64,000 nucleotides of DNA. Source: Burkholderiales bacterium. GTDB lineage: Bacteria; Pseudomonadota; Gammaproteobacteria; Burkholderiales; Eutrophovitaceae. The stretch is taken from contig DATMAN010000057.1 in NCBI GenBank assembly GCA_035560005.1, forward strand, positions 14,292 to 78,291. Direction: 5' to 3'. The notes under the pieces are model-generated. The model did no database searches and was not told where the DNA came from. It saw only the letters and a program-made list of their open reading frames with translations. Of the stretch, positions 30,559-39,953 are shown one piece after another. Made by a program: the position numbers and the translations under genes. Position 1 is the first letter of the stretch, and each line of letters begins with the position of its first letter.

Positions 30559-32772
30559 ATGGATACCGCGATGAACGCCGGCTCCGGCAGCGCGGGGGGC
30601 CGAGAAGTCGAGCTTGCTCTCGAAGGGATGACCTGCGCGGCCTGCGCCAGCCGCATCGAGAGCGCCTTGAACCGCGTGCCGGGCATCGAGGCCGCAGTGA
30701 ACTACGCTGCCGAGCGCGCGCGCATACGCATGCGGTCCGATGTCGCGCTGCAAGACTTGCTTGCCGTCGTGCGCAAGGCCGGCTACGACGCCCATGCAAT
30801 CGGCGAGTCCGCGGACTCGAGCAGTAAGACCCGGCCCGCCGAAGGTTACCGGCGCGACCTGCGACTGTTCTGGCTCTCGGCGGCCCTTGCCGCGCCGCTG
30901 CTGGCTCAGATGCTGGGGATGCTCGACGGCCGGCATGTCGATCTGATTCCGCGCTGGTTGCAGATGCTGCTCGCCACTCCCGTTCAGTTCTGGGTGGGCT
31001 CGCGCTTCTACGCCGGTGCCTGGCGTGCGCTGCGCGGCGGCTCGGCCAACATGGACGTGCTGATCGCGCTCGGCACGAGCATGGCCTACCTGTTCAGTGC
31101 CGCGGTCACCCTGTTCGGGCTGCACGAGCGGCATGTGTACTTCGAGGCCTCGGCAGCCATCATCACCCTGGTCCTCATGGGCAGGTTGCTCGAGGCCCGT
31201 GCCCGAGGCCGTGCCTCGGCGGCGATCGAGCAATTGCTCAGACTGCAACCGCGGCGCGCGACCGTGCAGCGCGACGGGAAACGACGGGAAGTCGAGGTGT
31301 CGGAAATCGCGGTCGGCGATCGAGTCCTGGTCGCGGCAGGCGAGCGCCTGCCGGTCGATGGGGAAGTCCTCGAAGGTCGTTCGAGCGTGGATGAAAGCCT
31401 GCTGACCGGCGAGAGCCTGCCGCTCCCGAAGCGCAAGGGTGCGCGAGTCTACGCCGGCACCCAGAACCTCGACGGGCTGCTCGAGGTGCGCGCGACGGGC
31501 ACCGGTGCGCGCACGCGCCTGGCTGAAATCGTCCGCCTGACTGAACGAGCCCAGGGCAGCAAGGCACCGATCCAGCGGCTGGCCGATCGGATCTCCGGCG
31601 CCTTCGTTCCCGTCGTGCTGGGCATGGCCCTGCTCACCCTCGCCGGATGGTGGCTTTCCAGCGGTTTCGCCGAGGGACTGACCCACGCGGTCGCCGTGCT
31701 GGTCATCGCCTGTCCGTGCGCGCTCGGCCTGGCCACCCCGACCGCCATCATCGTCGGCACCGGGCGCGGCGCACAGGCGGGAATCCTAGTGCGCGACGCG
31801 GCTGCGCTGGAGCGTGCCGGGAAGATCCGCACGCTGGTCGTGGACAAGACCGGAACTCTCACGCAGGGCCGCCCGGCAGTCGTCGAAGTCCAGGCGACAG
31901 GCGATGAACGCCAATTGATCGTCGTGGCCGCGGCGCTGGAACAAGGTTCGCGTCACCCACTTGCCCGGGCCATCGTCGAATTTGCTCGCCAGCACCACAC
32001 GCCGTTGCCGTCGGTTGGCACGCTGACGGCTCACTCCGGGCTCGGGATGTCCGGGGACATCGATGGCCGGGCCGCGCTGCTCGGTTCCGTGCAGTTTCTG
32101 GCCGGTCAAGGAATCGCCTTCGACGCCAAGCAGGCCGAACGCCTGGCACGTGCCGGCAACACGGTGGTCGGCGTCGCGTTGGATGGAAAGGCGCTGGGTT
32201 TCATCGCGCTCGCCGATGCGGCGCGCCCGACTTCGAAACCTGCGGTCGAACGCCTGCGACGCATGGGCGTCGACACCATGATGCTGACCGGGGACAACGA
32301 AGCGGCGGCCGGCGCGGTGGCGCGCGCCGTGGGAATCCGGCATTTCCGCGCGAAAGTATCGCCCGCCGACAAAGCCGCCGCAGTGGCCGCCCTGAAAGGT
32401 GAAGACGGGCTGGTCGGCATGGCGGGCGATGGCATCAACGACGCGCCGGCGCTCGCAGCCGCGGACATCGGTTTCGCCATCGCGGCGGGTTCCGATATCG
32501 CCATTGAAGCAGCTGAGGTCACGCTCATGCGCAACGATCTGGCCAGTGTGGCCGATGCCATCGACTTGTCGCGCGCCACGTTGGCGAAAATCCGCCAGAA
32601 CCTGTTCTTCGCTTTCATCTACAACGTCCTCGGCATTCCGCTGGCGGCGCTCGGCCTGCTCAACCCGGTGATTGCCGCGGCGGCGATGGCGTTGAGTTCG
32701 GTGTCGGTGGTCACTAATTCACTGCTGCTCAAGCGCTGGTCCCCCATGTCGCATGACCGGCAGCCGGCGTGA
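30559..32772 (+). CDS. copA: Copper-translocating P1B-type ATPase
   Basis: One N-terminal HMA domain (GMTCAACASRIE), a TM CPC motif (ACPCALGLATP), DKTGTLT, GDGINDAP. The start could also be the ATG at 30571. Confidence 0.93.
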   Translation: MDTAMNAGSGSAGGREVELALEGMTCAACASRIESALNRVPGIEAAVNYAAERARIRMRSDVALQDLLAVVRKAGYDAHAIGESADSSSKTRPAEGYRRDLRLFWLSAALAAPLLAQMLGMLDGRHVDLIPRWLQMLLATPVQFWVGSRFYAGAWRALRGGSANMDVLIALGTSMAYLFSAAVTLFGLHERHVYFEASAAIITLVLMGRLLEARARGRASAAIEQLLRLQPRRATVQRDGKRREVEVSEIAVGDRVLVAAGERLPVDGEVLEGRSSVDESLLTGESLPLPKRKGARVYAGTQNLDGLLEVRATGTGARTRLAEIVRLTERAQGSKAPIQRLADRISGAFVPVVLGMALLTLAGWWLSSGFAEGLTHAVAVLVIACPCALGLATPTAIIVGTGRGAQAGILVRDAAALERAGKIRTLVVDKTGTLTQGRPAVVEVQATGDERQLIVVAAALEQGSRHPLARAIVEFARQHHTPLPSVGTLTAHSGLGMSGDIDGRAALLGSVQFLAGQGIAFDAKQAERLARAGNTVVGVALDGKALGFIALADAARPTSKPAVERLRRMGVDTMMLTGDNEAAAGAVARAVGIRHFRAKVSPADKAAAVAALKGEDGLVGMAGDGINDAPALAAADIGFAIAAGSDIAIEAAEVTLMRNDLASVADAIDLSRATLAKIRQNLFFAFIYNVLGIPLAALGLLNPVIAAAAMALSSVSVVTNSLLLKRWSPMSHDRQPA

Positions 32773-32813
32773 ACGGCGGCACATTTTTCGATCGCCCCAT
32801 CTCGGAGGCAAGA

Positions 32814-33020
32814 ATGGAGATATTGGTACTCAAGATCGGTGGAATGACCTGCGGTGGCTGCGAGCGCAGCGTAGCCAATGTGCTCAGTGCTGTTCCCGGC
32901 GTGCGTAAGGCACAGGTATCGCTCGAGCGTGGGGAAGCACGGGTCGTCTTCGACCCGGCGAAAACCGGCACGACACGGATCAAAAGGGCGATTCTGGATG
33001 CCGGCTACCAGGCGGACTAG
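32814..33020 (+). CDS. copZ: Copper chaperone CopZ (HMA domain)
   Basis: MEILVLKIGGMTCGGCERSVANVL.. 68 aa, with GGAGG 6 nt upstream. Confidence 0.85.
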   Translation: MEILVLKIGGMTCGGCERSVANVLSAVPGVRKAQVSLERGEARVVFDPAKTGTTRIKRAILDAGYQAD

Positions 33021-33300
33021 GAAGCGCACCGCGCCGCACCGCAGCGACAAGCCCGCGCTGCTCAGGCGGCTGAACCGCGTCGAAGGACAGATTCGGGGCA
33101 TCGCACGCATGGTCGAAGAGGATCGCTACTGCGTAGACGTGTTGACCCAGATCGCCGCGGTGCGTAGCGCGCTGGACGCGATCGCAAAAGGCCTGTTGGA
33201 GGATCATGCCCATCACTGCGTCCAGGCCGCGGTGAAGTCCGGGCGGGGCCAGGCCGCGATCGACGAACTGCTCAGAGTCGTCGACGCGTTCTCCCGTTGA
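32998..33300 (+). CDS. csoR: CsoR family copper-sensing repressor
   Basis: LLRRLNRVEGQIRGIARMVEEDRYCVDVLTQ..HAHHC shows the CsoR/RcnR fold with a C-H-C ligand pattern. The only in-frame ATG overlaps the copZ 3' end by 23 nt. Confidence 0.85.
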   Translation: MPATRRTRKRTAPHRSDKPALLRRLNRVEGQIRGIARMVEEDRYCVDVLTQIAAVRSALDAIAKGLLEDHAHHCVQAAVKSGRGQAAIDELLRVVDAFSR

Positions 33301-33391
33301 TGGGCGCATTTCGGAGGCGGTGAAGCAACTCTCCTCGCCCGCCGGCTGCCGGTTGCGCGGGGTCCCATGCCGCTCGCGATGCGGTCCGGAC

Positions 33392-34165
33392 CTACCAGAA
33401 CATCCACCAGGAGCGCTCGCGGCCGTTCCTGATCGCCAGCGTGTTGTCGGGGAAGTTCGCCTTCAGCGTGCGATGAGCATCGTCGCGCAGATCGTTCATT
33501 CCCATGGCATCGTAGGCTTTGACCATCACGACCAGCGCACGCTCGATTGCCGGGGCCTGCGGGTACGTAAGGAGCACGTGCTGCGCGCGGTTCACGGCGG
33601 CCACGTAGGCGGCGCGCCGAAAGTAGTATTCGGCGACATGCGCCTCGTGCGAGGCCAGCGCATTCACCAGGTATGTCATACGGACGCGCGCGTCGGACGC
33701 ATACTTGCTTTCCGGAAAGCGGGTGACCAGTTCCTTGAACGCGTCGAAAGCATCGCGCGCCGCCTGCGGGTCGCGCTCGGTGAGATCCTTGCGGCTGATA
33801 AAGCCGAGAACGCCCAGATCTTCGTTGAAGTTGATCCGTCCCTTCAGGTAATAGGCGTAGTCGACGTCGGGATGGTTCGGATGCTCGCGAATGAAGCGGT
33901 CGCAGGCGGCGAGCGCCAGCGCCGGCTCGTCGTCCTTCCAGTAGGCGTACGCGGTGTCGAGCTGCGCCTGCTGGGCAAACCGTCCGTATGGATAACGCGA
34001 TTCCAGCTTCTGGTAGTAGCTGATGGCCTTCTTGTAGTTCTTGTCTTGCAGCTCGGCGCGCGCCGCGAAGTACAGCTTGTCGGGGCCCCAGTCCCTGGTT
34101 TCGTCCACCGGGTCGAGCGCACAGGCGGCAGCCAGCAGCAGAACAATGGCTAAACTACGTCTCAC
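33392..34165 (-). CDS. bamD: Outer membrane protein assembly factor BamD
   Basis: Lipobox LLAAAC and TPR-like repeats (YFAARAELQDKNYKKAISYYQKLESRYPYGRFAQQAQLDTAYAYWK). It is divergent from rluD, as is typical. Confidence 0.92.
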   Translation of the reverse strand: MRRSLAIVLLLAAACALDPVDETRDWGPDKLYFAARAELQDKNYKKAISYYQKLESRYPYGRFAQQAQLDTAYAYWKDDEPALALAACDRFIREHPNHPDVDYAYYLKGRINFNEDLGVLGFISRKDLTERDPQAARDAFDAFKELVTRFPESKYASDARVRMTYLVNALASHEAHVAEYYFRRAAYVAAVNRAQHVLLTYPQAPAIERALVVMVKAYDAMGMNDLRDDAHRTLKANFPDNTLAIRNGRERSWWMFW

Positions 34166-34187
34166 GTCGAACTCCGAAAAAAGTGCG

Positions 34188-35153
34188 GTGAATTATACGG
34201 TAAGGCATGACGAGCCCGGGATCCGGCAGCTGGTGGTCCCGGCCGAATGCGCCGGCCTACGACTGGATCAGGCCCTCGCGCGACTGCTCACGGAGCACTC
34301 TCGCAGCCGACTGCAGCAATGGATTCGTGCGGGCCACGTGCGCGTGGAGGGTCGCGCGGTCACGGCGAAGTCGAAAGTCCGGGGCGGAGAGACCATTCGC
34401 ATCGCGGTCCAGCCCGAGCCGGCCGCTCAGGCCTTCGTGCCCGAAGACATGGGGCTGCGCATCGTTTACGAGGACGCGGCGATTCTGGTCATCGACAAGC
34501 CCGCGGGGCTGGTGGTTCATCCTGGCAGCGGAAACTGGAGGGGAACGCTGCTCAATGCGCTGCTCGGATATGCGCCACAGCTCGCGCAGTTGCCGCGCGC
34601 CGGTATCGTTCACCGGCTCGACAAGGACACCAGCGGGCTGCTGGTGGTCGCCAAGACAGTGAGCGCTCGAACTGCGCTTGTGCGCCAGTTGCAGGCCCGC
34701 TCCGTGGGACGCGAATATCTCGCGCTGGTCCATGGTGAACTGGCGCGTCCGGGGGTTGTCGATGCGCCGATCGGGCGCCACCCGACCGCGCGCACACGCA
34801 TGGCGGTTGTTGCGCGCGGAAAACCCGCCACCACCCATTACTGGCCGGTCGAACACCATCCAGGCTGGTCGCTCGTGCGATGCAGGCTCGATACTGGGCG
34901 TACACACCAGATCCGGGTGCATCTGTCCTCGATCGGACATCCCTTGATCGGCGATTCCGTGTACCGCGCAAGGCGCTCGGGCGCTGCGCCGACCGCGGCT
35001 GCGATAGGGTTTGCGCGCCAGGCATTACATGCAGCCCGCCTGCGTCTGCTCCATCCCGAGCGCGGGCAAATGCTGGAGTGGGAGTCACCGTTGCCGCCCG
35101 ATCTCGAGCAGCTATTGCAGCAATTGCGCCATGGCCGACCTGTCGCAGCATGA
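34188..35153 (+). CDS. rluD: 23S rRNA pseudouridine(1911/1915/1917) synthase RluD
   Basis: S4 domain (RLDQALARLL..SRSRLQQWI) and catalytic HRLDKDTSGLLVVAK. GTG 34188 is chosen because the upstream ATG 34146 would overlap the bamD start. Confidence 0.88.
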   Translation: MNYTVRHDEPGIRQLVVPAECAGLRLDQALARLLTEHSRSRLQQWIRAGHVRVEGRAVTAKSKVRGGETIRIAVQPEPAAQAFVPEDMGLRIVYEDAAILVIDKPAGLVVHPGSGNWRGTLLNALLGYAPQLAQLPRAGIVHRLDKDTSGLLVVAKTVSARTALVRQLQARSVGREYLALVHGELARPGVVDAPIGRHPTARTRMAVVARGKPATTHYWPVEHHPGWSLVRCRLDTGRTHQIRVHLSSIGHPLIGDSVYRARRSGAAPTAAAIGFARQALHAARLRLLHPERGQMLEWESPLPPDLEQLLQQLRHGRPVAA

Positions 35154-35877
35154 CTGGATCGTTCCTGACTGGCCCGCTCCGCCCTCGGTGCGCTCGTTCA
35201 TCACGACGCGGCGCGGCGGGGTGAGCCGCGGGCCGTATGCGTCTATGAATCTCGGATCGAGGGTCGCGGACGACACCGAAGCCGTTCGAAGCAACCGCGC
35301 ATTGCTGCGAGCCCACCTCCCGGAAGAACCGAGATGGCTGCGCCAGGTCCATGGCAGCGATGTGGTCGAGGCCGATGAAGTCTTCTCGGAAGTCGAAGCG
35401 GACGGGGCATACACGTGCAGCGCCCGCGTGGTGTGCGCCGTGCTGATCGCCGATTGTCTTCCGGTGCTGCTCACCGACCGTAACGCGACCGCCGTTGCCG
35501 TAGCCCACGCTGGTTGGCGCGGGCTTGCGCGCGGGATCATCGAAGCCACAGTGGCCGCCCTGAGGGTACCAGCGGGCGAGCTGCTGGCTTATCTTGGCCC
35601 CGGCATCGGTCCGCGGGCATTCGAGGTCGGGCAAGATGTGTTCGATGCGTTTGTCTCGAACGACCCGCAGGCCGCCCGAGCCTTTGTGCCCCATGACAGG
35701 GGCAAATGGCTCTGCGATTTGTTCGCGCTCGCGCGCCGGCGGCTGGGTGCAGCGGGCGTGCGAGAAGTCTACGGCGGCGGAATCTGCACGTATTCGGACC
35801 CTGTCCGCTTCTTCTCGCACCGTCGGGATCGGATCACCGGGCGCATGGCCGCGCTGATCTGGCGCGAACCCGATTGA
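35131..35877 (+). CDS. pgeF: Peptidoglycan editing factor PgeF (YfiH, laccase-domain protein)
   Basis: FITTRRGGVS.GPYASMNLG..DCLPVLL..HAGWRG..C matches the DUF152/YfiH family. It follows rluD as in E. coli. Confidence 0.88.
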   Translation: MADLSQHDWIVPDWPAPPSVRSFITTRRGGVSRGPYASMNLGSRVADDTEAVRSNRALLRAHLPEEPRWLRQVHGSDVVEADEVFSEVEADGAYTCSARVVCAVLIADCLPVLLTDRNATAVAVAHAGWRGLARGIIEATVAALRVPAGELLAYLGPGIGPRAFEVGQDVFDAFVSNDPQAARAFVPHDRGKWLCDLFALARRRLGAAGVREVYGGGICTYSDPVRFFSHRRDRITGRMAALIWREPD

Positions 35878-35946
35878 GCGGTTCCACATCGAGGGGCTTG
35901 ACAGGCCCCTTATACTGACCCGGTCTGTCATTCCGCTTCCCGCACC

Positions 35947-36726
35947 ATGTCCGTACTCGGCTGGATCATGCTGTCCACGCTCGCTGGCGCTCTGATCAGC
36001 GTATTCGCGGCCGCGGGCTTTTCGCTGAGCGTGCCGCGCTCACGCGTGTCGATGTTGATCAGCTACGCCGTCGGCGCGCTGCTCGGTGCGGTCTTTCTGG
36101 AAATCCTGCCTCACGCGCTGGAAGAAACGGCCAACGTTCACGCGCTCACGGCGACGGTGCTCGGCGGCATCCTCGGGTTCTTCATTCTGGAAAAGCTGGT
36201 TCTCTGGCGGCACTGTCACGTCGAATCCTGCGAGGCCCACGACCGTCACTCCGAACCGACCGATGATAAACGCAGCGGCCTGATGATTCTGATCGGCGAT
36301 ACGATCCATAACTTCGTGGATGGTATTCTGATCGCCGCGGCGTTTCTGACCAACGTCGAACTGGGTATCGTCACGGCAGTGGCCATGATCGCGCACGAAA
36401 TACCGCAGGAAGTCGGGGACTTCCTGATCCTGCTGCACTCGGGGTTTTCTCGCACCAAGGCCCTGATCTTCAACCTGCTCTCGAGCGGCGCCACGCTGAT
36501 CGGCGCGTTGCTCGCGTGGATCGCCCTGCAGACCCTCCAGTCCTGGGTGCCGCCTCTGCTGGCGCTGGCGGCGGCGAGCATGATCTACGTGGCTGTAGCG
36601 GATCTGATTCCCGGGCTGCACAGACGGCCGGAACTGCGGCACACGGTCGAGCAAGTCACGCTGATCGGCCTCGGCATTTTCTCCATTGCGGGCGTCAAGT
36701 GGCTCGCAGCCAATACTTCCGCGTGA
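35947..36726 (+). CDS. ZIP family divalent metal transporter
   Basis: Eight predicted TM segments, a His-rich loop (HCHVESCEAHDRHSE) and the ZIP signature HNFVDG / HEIPQEVGDF. Confidence 0.85.
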   Translation: MSVLGWIMLSTLAGALISVFAAAGFSLSVPRSRVSMLISYAVGALLGAVFLEILPHALEETANVHALTATVLGGILGFFILEKLVLWRHCHVESCEAHDRHSEPTDDKRSGLMILIGDTIHNFVDGILIAAAFLTNVELGIVTAVAMIAHEIPQEVGDFLILLHSGFSRTKALIFNLLSSGATLIGALLAWIALQTLQSWVPPLLALAAASMIYVAVADLIPGLHRRPELRHTVEQVTLIGLGIFSIAGVKWLAANTSA

Positions 36727-36813
36727 CGCGGCGTCAGTCGATCCATCCGCCCGCTGGCGGCAGCAGGACTGCATTGCTTCGGTTCTCAACCCCGATCTGA
36801 CGAATCTCCCTCT

Positions 36814-38523
36814 TTGAAAATGGAATCCACAACCGGATTGCGATTCGAGCCCATGGACATGCTGGCTCGGTCCGAACAGAAGCTGATCGAGTCGCTCGTT
36901 CGCGACCTGCCGCTGCGGGGCCTCGATCTCGCGGCGCTCCTGACGGCATTCCTCGCCAACGAGGACACCCGCGGCAGGCTGGCGGCCCTGCAGTCGCGGT
37001 TCTACCGGGAGTGGCTGCGGCTCTGGACCAATCCTGCGCAAGTTCCGCGCACTGCGGCTGCCGACCGCAGATTTCAGTCTCCGGAGTGGGACCAACTGCC
37101 GTGGTTTCGCTTCCTGCTGGCACAGTACGAGTTGTTCAGCGACTACTTGATCGGGCTTGCGGAGCTGCCGACGCTGGAACCCCGTTTGCAGCGCCGGCTG
37201 CGTTTCGTCATCCGCCACCTGGTCGATGCCCTCGCGCCCACCAACTATCCGGCTTCCAACCCGGAGGTCGTCAAGGCGGCGATCGGCAGCCGCGGCGAGA
37301 CCCTGGCTCGGGGCCTGCAGCGGCTGAAGGCCGACCTCGCCCGCGGCCGTATCTCGATGACCGATGAGTCGGCATTCGAAGTCGGCCGCAATCTGGCGGT
37401 CACCCCCGGCGAGGTAATCTTCGAGAACGAGGTGATGCAGCTGATTCAGTACCGGCCGGCTACGCCGGAGGTATTCGAGCGGCCGCTGCTGGTCATTCCG
37501 CCCTTCATCAACAAGTACTACGTGCTCGACCTGCAGCCCGACAATTCGTTTGCTCGTTTCTGCGTCGAGCGCGGCTTCACGACCTGCATGGTCTCCTGGC
37601 GCAACATCCCGCCACAGCTCGGACATCTGTCCTGGGACGACTACATCGCCAAGGGAGTGCTCGAGCCGCTGGATGTGGTGCGCGACGTGGGGGCAGGCAA
37701 GCCGGTGAGCACCCTGGGCTTCTGCGTCGGAGGCACTCTGCTCGCATGCGCGCTCGCGGTGCTCGCTGCCCACCGGCGCAGCGGCGTGTGCTCCCTGACC
37801 CTGCTCGCCTCAATGCTCGACTTCTCGGATACCGGGGAGATCAGCGTCTATGTCGACCGCGACTACGTGCAGTGGTGCGAGCGGGAATACGGCTCCGGAG
37901 GCGTCATCCCGGGCACCAGGCTGGCTGCGGCCTTCGCGACGCTGCGTGCCAACGACTTGATCTGGTATTTCGTCGTGAACAACTATCTGCTCGGTCGCGA
38001 TCCGAAGCCGTTCGACCTGCTCTACTGGAATGCCGACGGCAGTAATCTCCCCGGCCCGCTCTATGCCTACTACCTTCGCAACATGTATCTTGAGAACAAC
38101 CTGCGCGTTGGCGGTAGACTGCGCATGCAGGGCGTGCCCGTGGACCTGTCGAGAATCACGCTTCCAGCGCTCGTATTCGCGGCGCGCGACGACCATATCG
38201 TGCCTTGGCGCACCGCATACGAAAGCGCGCGCCTGCTCGGCGGTCGCACGGAATTTGTGCTGGGCGGGAGCGGCCACGTAGGTGGAGTGGTGAACCCGCC
38301 GTCCAGGAATCAACGGCAGCACTGGATCAACGCTGAACTGCCCGCCGACCCGGACGACTGGCTTGCGGCGGCGCAAATGCACGGCGGGAGCTGGTGGAAC
38401 CATTGGAGCCAGTGGCTGGCGAAGCGTTCCGGAGCGCGAAGGCCCGCGCCTGCCAGCCCCGGGAGCTCGCGATTCCGTCCGATCGAAGCTGCACCGGGAC
38501 GCTACGTGCGCGAGCATTGCTGA
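36814..38523 (+). CDS. phaC: Class I poly(3-hydroxyalkanoate) synthase PhaC
   Basis: 569 aa. Lipase box GFCVGGT, with the conserved N-terminal region and alpha/beta-hydrolase core of class I synthases. Confidence 0.93.
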   Translation: MKMESTTGLRFEPMDMLARSEQKLIESLVRDLPLRGLDLAALLTAFLANEDTRGRLAALQSRFYREWLRLWTNPAQVPRTAAADRRFQSPEWDQLPWFRFLLAQYELFSDYLIGLAELPTLEPRLQRRLRFVIRHLVDALAPTNYPASNPEVVKAAIGSRGETLARGLQRLKADLARGRISMTDESAFEVGRNLAVTPGEVIFENEVMQLIQYRPATPEVFERPLLVIPPFINKYYVLDLQPDNSFARFCVERGFTTCMVSWRNIPPQLGHLSWDDYIAKGVLEPLDVVRDVGAGKPVSTLGFCVGGTLLACALAVLAAHRRSGVCSLTLLASMLDFSDTGEISVYVDRDYVQWCEREYGSGGVIPGTRLAAAFATLRANDLIWYFVVNNYLLGRDPKPFDLLYWNADGSNLPGPLYAYYLRNMYLENNLRVGGRLRMQGVPVDLSRITLPALVFAARDDHIVPWRTAYESARLLGGRTEFVLGGSGHVGGVVNPPSRNQRQHWINAELPADPDDWLAAAQMHGGSWWNHWSQWLAKRSGARRPAPASPGSSRFRPIEAAPGRYVREHC

Positions 38524-38556
38524 CACCGAACTTCAACGCAAGGGAGGAGCGCTTTA

Positions 38557-39300
38557 ATGGCGAATCGTATCGTTCTCGTAACTGGCGGAATGGGCGGCTT
38601 GGGTGAATCGATCTGCACCAAGATGGCCGACCAGGGCTACAAAGTGGTGACGACGCACTCGCCCCGGAACAAGACCGCACCCGAATGGCTCGCCATCATG
38701 CAAGGCCGCGGTTATGACTTTCGCGCGTATCCCGCCGACGTGGCGGATTTCGACTCTTGCGCGGAATGCGTCAAGAAGGTCCAGGCCGAGGTGGGTCCGG
38801 TGGATGTTCTCGTGAACAACGCCGGAATCACGCGCGACATGACGTTCAGGAAGATGACCAAGGCCGACTGGGATATCGTGCTGCGCACCAATCTCGACAG
38901 CGTCTTCAACATGACCAAGCAGGTACTGGACGGAATGGTCGAGCGCGGCTGGGGCCGCATCATCAACGTGGCCTCGGTCAACGGTCAAAAAGGCGCGTTT
39001 GGTCAGACCAATTACTCGGCCGCCAAGGCCGGAATGCACGGTTTCACCAAAGCCCTGGCGCTGGAGGTGGCGCGCAAGGGGGTCACCGTCAACACCATCT
39101 CGCCCGGATACATTGGAACGAAGATGGTGACCGCGATTCCGGAAAACATCCTGAACGAGAAGATTCTGCCGCAGATTCCACTGGGCCGGCTCGGCCGGCC
39201 GGAGGAAGTTGCCGGATTGATCATCTATCTCGCCTCGGATGAGGCGGCTTTCATCACTGGTGCGAATATTTCGATCAACGGCGGACAGCACATGTACTGA
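38557..39300 (+). CDS. phaB: Acetoacetyl-CoA reductase PhaB (SDR)
   Basis: VTGGMGGLG, NNAGITRD, YSAAKAG catalytic motif, 247 aa, directly downstream of phaC. Confidence 0.93.
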   Translation: MANRIVLVTGGMGGLGESICTKMADQGYKVVTTHSPRNKTAPEWLAIMQGRGYDFRAYPADVADFDSCAECVKKVQAEVGPVDVLVNNAGITRDMTFRKMTKADWDIVLRTNLDSVFNMTKQVLDGMVERGWGRIINVASVNGQKGAFGQTNYSAAKAGMHGFTKALALEVARKGVTVNTISPGYIGTKMVTAIPENILNEKILPQIPLGRLGRPEEVAGLIIYLASDEAAFITGANISINGGQHMY

Positions 39301-39425
39301 CAGGTGAAAAAGGGTGGGCGACCTCAAGCCCGTCAGTTCCAGACGGACTGCGGCCGGCCGCCGATCTGACGCACTGCGTCAAGCGTTGGACACAAATTGC
39401 GCACCAAAACAGGGCTGAGCGGACC

Positions 39426-39457
39426 AAAAAAAACCCCGATGGGAGAACCCATCGGGG
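39426..39457 (-). terminator. Rho-independent terminator (minus strand)
   Basis: The minus strand reads CCCCGAUGGG-UUCU-CCCAUCGGGG followed by eight U. Confidence 0.8.
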
Positions 39458-39461
39458 TCAA

Positions 39462-39493
39462 CCTTTACTAAAGGCGAAACCTTTAGGTAAAGG
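39462..39493. repeat. Tandem CCTTTA-N-TAAAGG palindromes (can also pair with each other as a 13-bp hairpin)
   Basis: cctttactaaagg-cgaaa-cctttaggtaaagg read directly. Confidence 0.85.
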
Positions 39494-39933
39494 GGGAGGA
39501 GCCCTGCAATCCATGACTGGCGAAGCTGCCCTCTCGCCTTCGCCGCTTCAGTGGCCGCTTTCGCGGCGCCTGAGCCATTGCGACAGTTGGTTGGCTGCCG
39601 CAGAAAATCCTTTCTACTTCAACTTGCGCGGCTCAAAACTTCCCAAATTCCTTTGTTTCTTCGCGTGGCCTTGAGCCCTTGGTAAGCAACCTTTATTCCA
39701 TAGCATGCCTCTTCTTCTCCGGGGCCTATTGACCCTACGCCCCTGGAGCCGGGCTGCGATCGCCCTGCCATTCGCGCCGATGCCTGATCGCAGCAGCACT
39801 CAAGCCGCCGTCCCGGTTTCAGCCACGAGCCGGATTTGTTCACTGCAAGAAGCCAGCGCTCTGACCAGCCTTGCCTGCTCAACTCGGTTTCTCAATGGCT
39901 TAAGCGGCTGTCCCTGATTTTCCGGCACGAACC

Positions 39934-39948
39934 TGTTGCGATGCAACA
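39934..39948. promoter_or_regulatory. Operator-like palindrome TGTTGC-N3-GCAACA on the predicted start site of the minus-strand unit
   Basis: Perfect 6-bp arms located 6 to 20 nt downstream of the CATAAT -10. The neighbouring divergent gene is the repressor phaR. Assigning this site to PhaR is inference only. Confidence 0.35.
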
Positions 39949-39953
39949 CACGC

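Larger units (their letters stand above)
39425..39947 (-). ncRNA. Candidate unclassified noncoding transcript (promoter-to-terminator unit, about 520 nt)
   Basis: Bounded by the promoter-like TTGACA-18-CATAAT and the strong terminator listed separately. Every minus frame is interrupted by stops, third-position GC is low relative to neighbouring genes, and there are several strong local hairpins. No family was recognised. Confidence 0.3.

Noticed and set aside
28620-30686. A 688-aa ORF antisense to the acetoacetyl-CoA synthetase gene. Similar long antisense ORFs occur at 26929-28542 (opposite lysS), 36040-37773 (opposite ZIP/phaC), 1308-2417, 23728-24822, 30523-31686 and 55329-56366.
   Set aside because: These are typical shadow ORFs of GC-rich DNA. 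They are Arg/Ala/Gly/Pro-rich with no recognisable motifs, and each lies opposite a gene with unambiguous family signatures.
39470-39700. GGA-containing motifs (AUGGAAU, AAGGAAU, UGGGAAG, AAGGAUU, AUGGAUU), considered as a possible Csr/Rsm-type protein-sponge sRNA.
   Set aside because: A rough count gives about nine GGA in about 520 nt. That is what base composition alone predicts, and the motifs are not demonstrably placed in hairpin loops.
39619-39882. An 87-aa ORF (TTG start) and a 61-aa ORF (39614-39799) on the minus strand in the phaB-phaR spacer, considered as a possible phasin gene.
   Set aside because: The sequences are W/C/R-rich with no amphipathic Ala/Lys/Glu-rich phasin character. 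Third-position GC is far below that of neighbouring genes, and there is no SD. I treat them as non-coding.
39425-39947. Checked the spacer transcript by eye against tmRNA, RNase P RNA, SRP RNA and 6S RNA hallmarks.
   Set aside because: There is no tRNA-like 3' end or tag ORF ending in ALAA. There is no GAGGAAAGUCCGG (RNase P) motif and no SRP domain IV motif. The 6S-like central bubble could not be assessed by eye. No known family is claimed.
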